Source: Klebsormidium nitens (lineage: Eukaryota; Plantae; Klebsormidiophyceae). From it: DNA of 64,000 bases. Of this stretch, positions 42,201 through 56,056 are shown piece by piece (the first letter of the stretch is position 1; every line of letters begins with the position of its first letter). The stretch is from assembly GCA_000708835.1 (NCBI GenBank), contig DF237085.1, positions 73,768-137,767 of the forward strand. The letters are read 5' to 3'. The position numbers and the translations under genes are program-made. The notes below the pieces were generated by a model that worked only from the letters and a program-made list of their open reading frames with translations, was not told the origin of the DNA and did not search any database.

Positions 42201-45200
42201 AGAGCCGGTCCAGAAACCGCGAACCCAGCCGCTTTGCAGCACAGAAAAATACTTCTTTGCGCAAGCTGCAAGCCAGCCGTCACAGCGTTAGGATAGAGGC
42301 CAAGAATCTGGTCGTCATCCTGATCAGAGCGGAGTCAAAGACCGACGTTCTTTCGAGCAGAATTTATCTCGATTTCTCTCTATCTCAGCCTTTTTGGCTT
42401 CTGTTGGAAATCTCTCGATCTCAGCAGAAATTGTTAAACGCCACGTCAGATTTGACATGCGAAATACATACCAAGCCGTATCAAACCACGTGGCACCGTG
42501 CAGGTCAAACTGGACGGCAACCTGCAGCAGGGCATCGCATACTACAAGCGAGCGCTCGTGTACAACTCGCACTATGCGGATGCTATGTATAACCTGGGGG
42601 TGGCCTATGGCGAGATGCTCAACTTCGACATGGTGGGCCCATGCTCCATTCTTGAGTGACTCTGCTGCATCCAAACCTGTTTGCACGAGGGTCTGAACAA
42701 GAGGTTTGCGCACAACCGGCCTGCCTGCAGTATTATGGTCGTTCGCTTTCTTTTGAGTCGTTCCGTTTGACTTCCTTTTCCTTGCAGAGCAAGATCAGGG
42801 CGACTTCAGTGTTTCGTCAAACAGGTTTTTCACACTGCCCGACTTTTGGATAAAGGATCTCCGGGCTTTCACGTGACCCTGTGGTCGCCCCGGAGTGGGC
42901 CCCAATGTTGCTTCTTACATTTTTGGCGTGGGCTTATGCACGATCAAATCAGGGTTTGCCCAAGAAGCATCTGATTGGTTGAAGTTTTTCACCCGAGGGT
43001 CGAGAACCTTGAACCCCTTAAAAAAAGCGTTGTTAACTCCCTGCCGATGGCGTCTCAAGCAATCCCTTTGCACCCTACAAATCCTCAGCCTCAAGACTCT
43101 GAAATCCTAACATCCGACACCTCTGCAGGCGATCGTGATGTACGAGCTGGCGCTGCACTTCAACCCGCAGTGCGCAGAGGCATGCAACAACCTGGGTGTC
43201 ATCTACAAAGACCGCGACAACCTGGACCGCGCCGTCGAGTGCTACACCGTATGCCTTTCGACCTTCAGCAAACATTCGCTCTGATGTTCGTCGCACTTCC
43301 AAAAAGTGCTGAATTGGATTCCGGAAATTGGGTACTTGAGCCTGACCGATCGTTTAGCATAGCCGGAAATGCCGCGAATCCCCGTATGGTTGACTTTGCC
43401 ACCCTCGGTACAGTTGTTTTGCCGCGGCGACAGGGTTCCAACAAACCCCTCGTTCTACTGGTAGTGTATCCCCGCATTAGCCAGCGAATATTGATACTTT
43501 GTGACATTTCCGCTGTTAGCTTTTCGAGGAAAGTTGGACCCATTACACAACTTTTCCACTTCTTGCACAACCAGACAAGAAGTATGCCAAAACGAAGAAC
43601 CCGTTTCTCTACTGCAGATGGCGCTGCGCATTAAGCCTAGCTTCTCCCAATCGCTCAACAACCTGGGCGTAGTCTACACGGTGCAAGGCAAGATGGACGC
43701 CGCGCTCACCATGATCCAGGCCGCCCTGGCCGCCAGCCCTAGTTACTCAGAAGCATATAATAACCTGGGTGAGTGAGAGCTTTCAGAATTTCATAGGTTG
43801 ACCCGTTCTGCAACCGGCTCCGAAGCAGACGACCGAGCAGTTTAGACCATGAAACATGTCAAATTTTCGTTGGAGTCCAGGGTTTGTGAGCCGAAAGCTT
43901 TCTTCGTCGGCCAACGGCGAGTAAACAGTTTTCGTCTGTTTCTGACGTGCTAGAGAACCTGACAGCTCCTTTTGCAACTGGGAGACCAGCTCTTTGAGTG
44001 ACGCCAAGGTTGTTTGGGCGTCGACAGAGTCAGTATTGGCATGATTGGGGCGAACGGTCCGGCAGGATGCTTCGGGCTGGATATACAGGCGTAAACGCCC
44101 TTTTTAACCCCAGTCAACTCTCACAATCGTGCAATGGCAGAAGCACAATTGCGCAAGCCTCCGTGTTGACCACATGAAGCACAGGGGACTGGGTTGCGAG
44201 GCCTGACTGACGAAACGCACCATGACCGAAGTTAGAGGGCACAAGTCGGGGGTAGTGCACCTTTACTGCTTGTTACGTAACGCTAAACGGTGTTTGCTGC
44301 TTCGCGTTACGTAAAGCCGTTCGCTGCTCGCAGGCGTGCTGCACCGGGATGCGGGGAACATCCCGGCCGCAATCAAGGCGTACGAGCAGTGCCTCAGCCT
44401 AGACCCGGACTCGAGGAACGCGGGGCAGGTACGCGAGCCAAGTCGGGGTTCTCCTGGGAGTCCGCGGTTGAGGGCTTAGCCGCATGTTGCTGTCTCGTAT
44501 CCTCCGTTTGGCAGGATATTTCACAGTGCTGTGCCTGAAACCGTCTCAACCTGAAATCGCATGGAGACAAGTGTTGCTACGCGTCATGACCGTGTGGGAG
44601 GATGCGAAAAGTGCTTGCCGGTGATTAGGGGCGGCCGTCTTGGTTTATGAGTCCCCAAACAGATAGCTATCGTCCTCATAACGTGGTCGAGACCGTTCTT
44701 TTCAGTTCGAAGACTTCCAGAAACCCCTCCTGTACCTCGAGTTCATGAAAGCAGTCCGCAAGCACAACCATCGAGCTTTTGCCAACTGTGAATTGTCCCC
44801 TCTTTCTGCGCTCCAGAACCGGCTCCTTGCCCTGAATTACATCCACGGGGGCGAAGACGACTCTCTGTTTGAAGCCCACAGGTGAGCCGCTCGCGCACGC
44901 AGCGTTTGCACTTGCCACGTGGGCAGCCACTATGAATGCTTTACGAACCTCGGTGTCTACCCGTCCTGAGTCGGACCTCGCTCATGACATACACGCCTTC
45001 CTTAGGAGTACCTGCATTCCAGCGGCATCGCTTTTGAGGTCTGGAAACCCTCGATACAAACCCTGGTAGTTTACGACCCTAGCGAAAGAACGCCTCCTGG
45101 CTGTGGTGGTCGAATCTGGCTTCGAGACCCCTGCAGTGCTCCCTCTCTACTTGATATCGTGTCTGTATCCGGGGCTGTCTAGAATCTGGTCGGCCGCTGT

Positions 45201-48200
45201 CATGCGTCCTGGTCGGGCCTTCGGTTCATCGTCACGACATCGTCTCAAGACTCAACTGGCAGTTTGTCGGGCAAGTAGGCTGGTAAAATAAGCAGCGTAG
45301 ATACAAATCGTCATATCAATCTTGACCAGTTTGGTTTTGTTGTCGGTTTGTGTCCCAAGCTTTGGTGTTTTACCCTCAGCAGTTGTGGTGTTGTCTCAGG
45401 TGTTACCTTCAACAACTCATCAAGAGTTTAAAGGGAGGCTGGTTCTGCCTTCAAGTTCGTTGTTTGCACTATGTTTGTCTCAATTGCAACAAGCGTACCA
45501 AAGTTGCACTTCTCCCAATCACAGAGACTGGGGCCGCCGGTTCAGCACCCTGTTCCCGAAGTTCGACACGTGGCCCAATGAGAAGGACCCAGAGCGGCCG
45601 CTCGTGATTGGCTACATCTCCCCCGACTATTTCACGCATTCGGTGTCCTACTTCATCGAGGCGCCGCTCACGCACCACGACCCGCAAAAGTACAAGGTCG
45701 TAATCTACTCAGCAGTTGTAAAGGTGAGTTGTTGCGAAAATGCGAGATAGTCTTTTGTGGGAGCGTGCGACAGCCTTACCATTTACGGAAGTTTGCTGGT
45801 CCGTTGAGGAGCGGACAAAGGATTGTTATCGATTCTCGAACACGGGGTCACGCAGGCTGGGCGGGAAGTTCAGGATGTTTTCATCAACACTTTGTCAGGA
45901 CAGCCCGCAGCTCGTCTTTTCATCGCTTCCCTGGCCGCCGCTTGTGGACTGGCATGCGTAATCTTCTCTGTGACCCACCTAAAGACCTATCATCTGAAAA
46001 CCAGAGACCCGCGAAAACTCGCGCCAATTGGTGTTAATCCCGTTTCATCTTGGTTTGAACGCTGACTGAACCCGGTCCGAAACGTGTTCGAAAGTGGACC
46101 ACTCCTCGTCCCAACTCGGTCTGAGTCTTGTCCAAAGCCGGTCCGAGGGTGCCGAGTGTATGGAATATTCTTGATTCCTACACAGGCGGACGCTAAGACC
46201 CTGCGTTTCCGGGAGGCGGTTGTGGCGCGCGGCGGAGTATGGAAGGACGTATACGGCGTGGATGAGAAGCTGGTGGCGCAGGCGGTGCGCTCCGACGGGG
46301 TGGACATTCTGGTGGAGCTCACGGGGCACACAGCCAACAACAAACTAGGCGTGGCAGCGTGCAAGCCTGCACCCGTGCAGGTGGATTTCTGGCAGCTCTG
46401 ACTCCAAGGTTTCGTCCCCCACTGACGCATGCGCAACTCGGAACTCTGTCTTTCACAAAATCAAGATATATTGTAGTCCTGGAAGACCTGATGAAGTGCA
46501 CTGGGCACAGCGGCAAGAAAAATACGCGTAGCGGCGTTACAAGATTGAGCGCCCGTGCACTTCGTATCACTCTGGAAGTCTTGCTTTCAGAGGTGCAACC
46601 TTGCTGGAGGCTCCTTCAAGTCTTCACTGAGTCGCCTGTCAACGCAGGCACCTTGACGCGGGGCTTATCCATCTGATCATAGACTCCTTCAAAAACTTTC
46701 GTATCCAGAGCACGAGGCGGCTGACGATTGCAAAACGTTAACACCAGCGCTCATCGCAAGCTTCCGCACGAATGCGCAGGTAACTTGGATCGGCTATCCT
46801 AACACCACCGGACTCAGTACAGTCGACTACCGGATAACGGACGAGCTTGCGGATCCGTCCACCACAAAGCAACGGTGAGCGGCGCGAATCTGTTTGGAGC
46901 GTCGACATTGAAGCCGTCTTCTCGCTCTTCATTTGGTGTCACGTTGGACTGTACCTTGGCCCGTTATGGAAAGGCGTGCCCAAAGTCTTTAAGTTCTGAG
47001 GTTACACCCACCAATCTGGGTTTATAGAGCGGAAAAAAGGCCACACGTGAAAGGTTTGACGTTGTCGTGAATGTTTGGCTTTTGACGGTTTGGGATGCAC
47101 GAAGATGCACGAGTATTTGTCGCAGGGTTTCCCCCTCTCCCGATCTGCAAAATTTCAAATCATACAACTCCTTCGAATCATCACGTCTGCGCGCAAGTTC
47201 TATCAATATCAGACCCTCCATCCCAGTGCTTCCGACGACTCGTTTCAGCCTCTGCACCTTTCTTTTCCGTCTCCACTTGAAGAGCCCTGCTGTTCTCTAC
47301 ACAGGTCTTAGCCCTCTCCGCCCTTCAAATTTTTCTTCGTTTGTTTTGTTTTACCCTATTCTCAATTCTATGATCATCTTCACGTTTTCAACTCAGACTT
47401 CTGCGCCCTTTCCGCAGGCACATTGAGACCCCCCTCCGGCTGCCCCGCTGCTTCCTGTGCTACACCCCCTCCCTGGAGGCCGGCCCAGTCGCCCCCACCC
47501 CCGCGCTGTCCAACAACTTCGTCACCTTTGGGTCGTTCAACAACCTGGCCAAGATCACCCCGCGCGTGCTCAAGCTGTGGGCGCGCATCCTCAAGGCGCT
47601 GCCGGGTGAGCGGACTACTATAATCTGAAGTTTTTAGGGTTTTGGGCTTCTGGTTGTTCGAGATTTCGATCGTTAAGTGGTGTCAGGGTCGTTTTATTTT
47701 CAGGCTGGGTTAGAAGGCTTTTCAGGTCAATTCTCTTCGCTCGTCTAAGATGAGGAATGTCAAAGATTGATCTCTGTCTCTTTGTGAAGCTTTCTGCTGG
47801 TAGTTGGAGATCAGGATTGAGAGTCGCTGTCAGTCAGACGGGGGTGAACGAAACCTTTTGTTCGACGTGGCCGAGCGATGACGGTGGTGACTGGTCGCCT
47901 CTCCACCGATTCGGCTCTTTCCCAAGATTCTTTCCACAAATACTTGACCCGAAACCCTCATTCCATTCCTCCAGGCGCCCGCCTGGTGGTGAAGTGCAAG
48001 CCGTTTTCGTGCCGCTCCATCAGCGAGCGGTTCATGGCGTCCCTGGAGGCCGAGGGCGTGGACCCCGTGCGCGTCGACCTGCTGCCGCTCATCCTGCTCA
48101 ACCACGACCACATGCAGGTACGTCTCGATCTGGTTGAAGTGGGCGCAGGACATGCGTGTCCAATCCAGGCAATTCACGTCGCTGGGCGGTACATCGGGTC

Positions 48201-49640
48201 CTTCTAGAACCTCCAACTTACTGAGGGTCGATCTTCCGAGCTTACCGTTTTCCGGCGCCCACTTTCCCAATAACCCCAGTGAAGAGTAAGCTTATTGACT
48301 TCGAGTAGAACCTTAAAGCAACGGCTCCTGCTCTCCGCCTTTCACATAACCTAAGCTCATACGTAACCTCACCCGTCTTGACGACTGTTCACCGGCCATG
48401 GATGGACCAACCCAGTCGCACATCCCAAGGCTCTCACAAACTGGACGTTTGAAACCGTGGTCGTGGAAACCGTGACGCTGTCGGAGACATCTGCTGACGT
48501 GAGACAAACTCCGACTCTCACCTTGAATGTTGCCTGAACCAACCGTCACACGTGCAGAGCTACGCGCTGATGGACATCAGCCTCGACACGTTTCCGTACG
48601 CGGGAACTACGACCACGTGCGAATCGCTCTACATGGGCGTCCCTTGCGTGACCATGGCGGGCGGCACGCACGCGCACAACGTCGGGGTCACGCTCCTCAA
48701 GCAGCTCGGTGAGGGCGTTCATATAACTTTGTGGCCGGTTTCGGATGCGTTTTTATCGCTTCTATTCCGGATTCCTTTTCGTAGTAAAGAAAAAAAGGAC
48801 TGCTTCTGCTCTTTTTCCAGTCTCTGAGTACGCTTCAGCAGCAGCGCTTTTACCCCTCCCTTGTATCCTCGTTCTGTATTGCACGCCTCCTTTCGGCTCT
48901 TTTGCTCCTTTCTTTCGTTGATTTTTTCTTTTCCTTCCCCTTGTCTATAAGGCCATGTCGATCTTTCGCCCAATCAAAGGTTGTTACAAATCAAGTTTTC
49001 ACACAAAGAGTGACGTGCTACTGGCTAGGTCGTTTCCGGAATGATGATTGAGGCGTCCGGCACTCAGTAGGAGTCTTGAGCGGACATGAGAATCGCTGTT
49101 CTGGACTTCAACGAAGCAACGGTGTTTCGAATGGCACCCAAGCACACAAGCCACATAAGCATCTAACAAAAGCTTTTCCCATCCGCAGGCCTCGAGTGTC
49201 TCACCGCCCACTCTCCGGACGAGTACGTCACCACCGCCGTCCGGCTCGCGTCCGACATCCCCCGCCTTGCCGCGATGCGCGCCGGCATGCGGGACCGCAT
49301 GCTCACCTCCCCCCTGTGCGACGGGCCCTCTTTCGTACGCGACTTGGAATCCGCATATCGCAAAGTATGGCGAAACTACTGCGCCGGGCGGCCGCCCTCC
49401 GGCGTCGGGGCGGAGAGTTCCGCGACGCCCACGGATGGGGGGGAAGTTGTTGCCCCCAAGGAGACCCCCCCGCTGCCGCACAGCGGCAGCTCGGGGAGCT
49501 CGGCGGAGTCCCCGACGTCGTCGCTGTTTCTACGGACGGACGACTCGGGGGGGAGCTCCGGGGGAAGTTTGGAGGAGATGGCGGAGGAAGCGGCGGGCCG
49601 GGGAAAGACGCTGAGCCGGCTTCGAAATGCCTCTAGCTGA
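39213..49640 (+). CDS. SPY: SPINDLY, TPR-containing protein O-fucosyltransferase (GT41), 16 exons
   Basis: TPRs include AYYNLGVVYSEM and PNFTIARNNLAIALTDLGTKVKL. The catalytic region has QNRLLALNY, IGYISPDYFTHSVSYFIEAPL, DILVELTGHTANNKL, VTWIGYPNTTG, TFGSFNNLAK and DISLDTFPYAGTTTTCESLYMGVP. The start codon is uncertain. Confidence 0.97.
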
Positions 49641-50999
49641 TTTTCGAGGGTCTCTGTCTGAGGAGAATCAATTGCGGTGGGTGTTGTGCGTGAGCGCCAG
49701 CCGAAATTGCGTCGGAATCGGGTAACACATAACGACAAGGCGTTTGAGCTTGTCGGAGGGGGGGAGTCTGGCGCAAGATCCCTCCGTCGCACAGTCAACT
49801 AACACGTAAAATAGAGACTGACATGAGCAGGGGGAGGGCTTCAGCGTCCGGGATTTGAAGTGGGGAAGGCGCTGAGGGCGGGGTCTGGGTACGAAAGGTA
49901 TTTGTGTCTTCCAAGGCAGGCGTGCGAAAGCGGCTTGTCGAACATCCATACGCTCAGCAGACATTTGACAGATAAGATTCTTGATGATTGGGTCGATAAC
50001 AACCTTAAGGTGCTTTTCATGGCAGACGGTTTAAGGCTGTAGGAAACGCCATTTCGACTTCCATGTGACTCAAAGTACATTGCAGTGCTTGTGGTACGGA
50101 GATGTGCGTCGAGCTTTTCATTTGCGGGTCAAGTAAATTGGTTGACCACACGTGACACCATTTCACTCAGCATTGACCAATCAACTAATCATTTACAGGC
50201 TTGCCCCAAACGATATCGAGCCGATGGCGCGTTCCAGAGCTAGCCGCGTACAATCATAGCCTGAGGCTTCAATGATGTGTGTATTCGCAAATATAATGAT
50301 CATGCACATGCACTCTGAAGGCATCCGGACCGAACATCACAAGCCTAGTTCGTATCTGCTGGTTTTGGTGGTTCAGATCCCGCGGGGGCGGCTGCGCATA
50401 TACATTATGCAGTGAAGCATGATGGTGCGTGTCTATCTTTGTAATATATATGCCATCATTATAGCATGCGCGAGCTGCGATCGAGCTGCCAAGTGACCTC
50501 TTTGCAGTCAACGGTCGTCGATCAACTATATGGCTTCTCTGAGAAGTTCTCAAGACAACATCCGTCAAGTCGAACCGTGCTAGCTCATTGCAACTATACT
50601 ACTATGATAGCATCCAACAAGTGACTTGATCTGGATCTGCTTTCAATCTGATCGCAAACAGACCTCTTCGTGTTATTGCAGCTTGAATGCTTGTTGAGTG
50701 AAACCATTCAGGTCCACCAGATTGTAGGTCGTAAAATATAAGCACGTCTCAATACTAATGGTTTGGTACAGCTACCTACACTTCTGATTCAAGTACACTC
50801 TCTTTGCAGAAGCTTATCCACAATGAGGATTCAACGAAGTATGACCATGATCTATCCAACACAATATGTAGATATATACCACAAAGAAATGTTCCTGCAT
50901 ACATGAACCTTGCAACATGCCAGAACTGTACACTCAAAAACACAAGAACGTTCACAAGGCACCCTCCGCAAGACAACAGTAGCCCGCCTGCTGCAATCC

Positions 51000-52182
51000 C
51001 TAGCTTTTGAGCTCTTCAATCATTTGACTTGGCTTCTTTGACTCCTGACTCGTGGCTACGTGCGCCAGTACTCCGGCGGCTGCCCCTACGCATGCGCCCC
51101 CGAGCGCAGTGCGGGGGGCTATTAGCACTGCCGAAGCTGCCCCCCCGGCGAGCATTCCCACCAGGCTGAAGTAGTCGGTGCGCTTTTGGCCCTGGTTGTA
51201 GTGCAGCTTGTAAACACGCTCCCGGATGCCTTCCTCGTCTAGGGGGGTGCCCCAGACTTTGTAGACGCCAAGACCGCCTAGTGTGAACGGGCAAAGATGT
51301 GAGATTCGCCACATCGAGACGCATCTGGGCGCTTGTGTTGGAGGTCAGACTCTCTTTCTTTCTGGCTTCGTCTGGGGGGGCTCATTGGGATTTTAAAAGC
51401 GGCCAGTTAGTTGGAGAAAAGGAGCCCTGAGAAAAATAAGAGGAAGTTGTTGCTTGTAGTGACTGGTCCACAATGTTCTTGCTGCGGTATTTGGACCTGT
51501 CTTTGGTTGTCAGGACACCTCTTTGTGTGGAATGCTATGGGGCTTTGGACTATATAATCGCTTCTTTCTAAAAGCTGAGAAAAGCATTCAATCGTGAACG
51601 ATGAAGGGGACAAGGACAGTCGTTCCAGAGAAAGCACGTCAGGTCTAAGGGGGTGAATCAAATGGTCAAGATTCTACCCTTGAGGGAAACCTGGACTACC
51701 AGACAATCATGTTGACCAGACGCTGGTTGCGTCATACCAAGTACAGGCCACTAGGTTTTGACAATTTGGGGCCATTTCAATGTTAGCATGAGGACTTCTC
51801 CAAGGCAAAAAACTCAGAGCAGCATCACTGCGCAATGAGCCATCCCAATGACCAATTCTTTGACCAACCTCAAACCAGCATTTGCACCTGACGGTCATGC
51901 ACGCAAAGCAAAGGACCCACCTGAGAGCAACGTGCCCACTCCCGCCGACCGTTCCACCACCGCAAGCGCAGACGGGATATAGCTTCCGGCAGCCTTACGG
52001 AACACGTAATGCCGCACCGCAAGGGGCAGCGCGATTGCGCACCCGAGGAGGGAGCCCGCTTGGAGGCCCTTAACCAGAATGTGCATAAACAGCTTTTGCG
52101 TGGCGTTCTCTGTGATGGTGTCAACGTGCTCGTTGGCGCCGACCGATGCCGGCGGGGGAGCCGCGGGCCCTGCGTCTGTCAT
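51000..52182 (-). CDS. Small conserved-looking membrane protein with glycine-zipper segments, 2 exons
   Basis: CTCTCAG|GTGGGT splices in phase 1 to CACACTAG|GCGGT. Translation includes KGLQAGSLLGCAIALP and DEEGIRERVYKLHYNQGQKRTD, followed by GxxxG-rich hydrophobic helices. Confidence 0.75.
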
Positions 52183-53571
52183 TGTGCGCAACAGAGAAGC
52201 GTTACACAGCGAAATGCGGAGTGCGAGTTGATGGGACTCTGCGTACTTATCACGCTCAAAATGCTTGACTGGACAACAATAGATGGATATGCTGAAGTTG
52301 CGATCAGCACGAGAAGCAATTGAAGAAAAGAGGCAGCAATGCTGCACCAACCGGTGGGCAGATTGCAGGTTTGCAACCATTGGAAATGCAATCATTGTGC
52401 GCGGGTGCGCGCCCATGAGATATTTCGCAGCGCCGTCGTGCATGAGAGATCTGCGAAGTCAAAATCATGGAGAAGAAGTTGGATCTTTATCGTTGAACTC
52501 GTGATCGAACGGTGCGAGTAAAACAAAGGGTTCCATCGACGGCTTAGACTTGTGAGCTTGTTGCTAACCCTGACGCGGATTTTCATCCACTCGTCCAATC
52601 AGATTCGTCTTGGCTCCTTATCGAGCAACTCTGCATCGCAGTCCCACGAACTTCCAAAGTTGGCAAGACTTGGGATTTGGAAAGCAGGGGAGAAGAGCTG
52701 GATTTTGGTTTGCCCCAGGGGCGCCCAGTTTTTCCTTGCCCCTCGTGTGTCGGTCGTTGAGAGCTACTGGCCAGCAGATCAAGGATTTTGTCATTACCTA
52801 CGCCCTTTCCCGGTCAGTCGACCGCTCCGCGTATGTTGGGTAGCCTGCAAGGAAGGAGAATTAGGGAGTTGTGCGTAGTGCATTCGAGGTGAGGAAGGAG
52901 AGCACAACTCTTTTTGTAGCCGTTTCTGCTTGGGATTCTGTGCTGGAGATATCAAGTCCTGCAAAGACGGGTAGCTGGAAGCTGACTAGGACTTTTAGCT
53001 TTGCAGGCCCTCGGCAAAGTCCTCATCAGAACTTGTCATGAGCTTTCCAATTTCATGGTGGCACTTGGCCTCGTTCTGGAGATCTCTGTCTGCCTGAGCT
53101 TTGATGTGAGGTGGTCTAAGATAATCAGCCTGAATACAACAACCTGCAGCGTTGCAATCTACATTGCAGATTGTAGATTGGAAACGGAGTGGGTCTAGCG
53201 AGCAGCCACGATGCTGTGCACGGCGAATGATGAGACACTTCTGAGGCCTTCTTGAGTAAACACGCTTCATTGAGCAGGTTGAAGAAAGTCTTCACGTGTT
53301 GATTTCATTAGAAGCCTAAAGCAGACTCTTTTGCAAGAGAGCTCATGGCTTTGGCGCCCGCTCTTCACTTGCCATGGTCATACTGGCTTGTTGGCGAATG
53401 TATAAACTTGCCAAGTAGCCCCAGCTTAGATTACCTTCCACCTAACTCCACATTACTAACTGAAACCTGATTGCCTCCTGAGGCCACTACATGATGCTTT
53501 GGCCAACATACTCTTACTCAGCAATCAGGCTTCTAATCGTAGGGATTGCGCTTGCATCACAGGAGGAGCTG

Positions 53572-54792
53572 ATGGCGACAAATCCAAAGCCCGACAAGGC
53601 TTTGGCCGCTGCGGCCCTGGGGGTTCTCCAGGGAACTAGAGGAGGGGGGCAGGGAGGGGCAGACAGCCCCACCAAAGTGACGGGGGGGCCGTCCGCCCCC
53701 AAGCCACAGCAGCCTCTGGATCCAGAGAAGAAGAAAGTAAAGAAGATGAAGACGGCCAGCAACAAGGCTTTTGCAGAATTCAAGAGGGATGTTGGCAGCA
53801 GGCTGACCAGGATTGAGCAACTACTGGAGCAGGTAAGTAGCTGTGGTTAAACTGGACATGTGGCCGCGGTTTGGGGGCAAAGAATGGGAAGCTGTGCTAA
53901 AATCTGAGAATATTGTGGACACACAGGCTCCTCATGCACAAGATCTTTGCTGCAATTGAGTTCATCGCTTCAGCTTGACCAAAAAAGTGGGTCAAAACTT
54001 CACTTCTTCAATCTTTGCATTGTATCATTCTTTGGACTCTAGGTATCAGACGGTGCGTGGGAACGCTCGGCAGGGGCAGAACGCCTTTATCGCCTCTTGT
54101 GAGCCAGGCTGCGTGTTCTTTTCCCCCTCTTACCCCACTCCTTGTCACTCTTTATGCAGCAAGCCATCATGCTGCGGTACCCCGCCCCCATATACCCCCA
54201 GATGGTCCCCGCCCCCAATGGAGCCCCTCCCGCCCCATCTTCTTTAGCCCCCCGCGGACAAGCTTACCCCCCCCTTCCACCCCCGGCCAGGCCCCTACCC
54301 AAACCTTCCATATACCCCCCCCCATCACAGCCGCCAATCCAACCGAGCACGTCAGCAGTCTCGGGGGGCGCGGACGACGGAGACCCGAAGCGACGGCGGC
54401 TGTTTGCGGGGATGGACCTGCGGGACCACCGAAAGGTGTCAAACAAGCGGGGGGGGAGGGGCACGCGCAAGACGTGTAGAAAGTGCGCGGCGGAGGGGAT
54501 TGAGAACGTGCTCCTGATGGGGCATAAGTGTCCGTATGGGGAGGCGAGGGCGGTCAGCGGGGTGAAGGAGGTCGCAGGAAATAAGAGGGCTAGCGACGGG
54601 ACGCCTTTGAGTACGATTGATCCCATCCGGCCAAGGGGACCCATGCAGAGTATGCTGCCACCGGTGGATACGATGCTGGCCCCAGGGGCGATGGGCTTGC
54701 CGAGCGCTCCGCAAGGCGTGTTTGGGGCTCTTCCACCTCATCAACAACTTATACCCAGCTCCCAGTCTGGTACAGGGGGCAAGGCAGGATAG
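53572..54792 (+). CDS. Unknown Pro-rich putative nuclear protein with a short coiled coil, basic NLS-like patches and a CxxC-x11-HxC motif, 2 exons
   Basis: Exon 1 (MATNPKPDK...RLTRIEQLLEQ|GTAAGT) joins in phase 0 to TTTATGCAG|CAAGCC (QAIMLRYP...PKRRR...CRKCAAEGIENVLLMGHKCPY...GKAG*). Confidence 0.7.
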
Positions 54793-56056
54793 GGAAGGCC
54801 GGTGGACTTGTGAACCGACTTGGAGATGACAGGGCATGCAAGGTGCGAGGCAAAGGAGCGAGCTGGTCGGGTGCGTGCGAACGATGGGACCATGTATATT
54901 CGGATCTGCACACGATACTTGAAGCTATTAGATATAGGGACTTACCAACTGGATTTAGGAGCATGAGACATCCTTCATGTTAAGGAAAGCATTATCAAAG
55001 CATATGCGTTTGCAACTGGATGTCAGTCCATTCGCATGACTCAGAATCAATCTATATGCAGAAGGCTGCTGTTCACGTGCTGGTATTCTAGAAGGAGATG
55101 GGACTATTATTGATCCCGATTTGGTTCGCTTTTAAAAGCGCTTTCCCGATAGGTTAAGTGGGTCTCTTATCGGATGTTGCTGGGTGACCAGGGCAACGCT
55201 CACGTGTAATCAAATAGGTACTGTGGCAGAACAGCTCTGCCAGTATAGGCTCATCGCTCATGGCACCATGAATATACCTGCATCCGACGAATGAGAACTT
55301 ATGTTTAGCATGTACTATACTCGAATATATGTATGCATACTAGCTAGCGCCATTACATATCCGTGGTCGGTTTAGCACCGATGCATATGCTGCTATATAG
55401 CCGCCTCAAAATCAGATGTTTATAGGCCTTATAGGAGCATGTTCCACCTACCTATATATACCGATGCAAGATGATGTATATACCTGTACATGCATGCATG
55501 TGTACAATCGACTGCATGCATGCGTCAACTAATAAACACACCGTAAGCTTGAAGAAGTCATTACCACCACGTTAAGTTGTGTAGATTGTTCAGAACCCTT
55601 GAGCAAAGCTAAGCCAGGCATGGCACAGGTATTCCGGAGTTGGACAAAACACTACTGAATTCACCAGTACGATTCAGACTGAAGTGCGTGCAACAGATCA
55701 AGGCTCATGCCAACTAGCTGGACTTGAAAACTTCACACGCATGAATGTGGTGAGGTCTAGAGTTCCCACCAGTGGCAATCGTTCGGCAAACTCAAAAGCT
55801 GTCTGAGGTCAGACTCGCACCAAAGGACGGAGCCAGGACTACCTATGCGGCCACTACCCTACTGGACTGAGAATTGTGCTTGGGTCTATACCCACGGACG
55901 TAATGAATCCTGGACCCGTAACCATGAACCGTATCCTCGTCTCCCGCATCATCAGTACGAGAGGAGCGGCCAGAATGAATTCTAGGGACAAGCAGCCACT
56001 TCGTGGGACCCTAGCTACATCAACGTGTCAAAAATGCACCTTTCATGGAACCTTGG

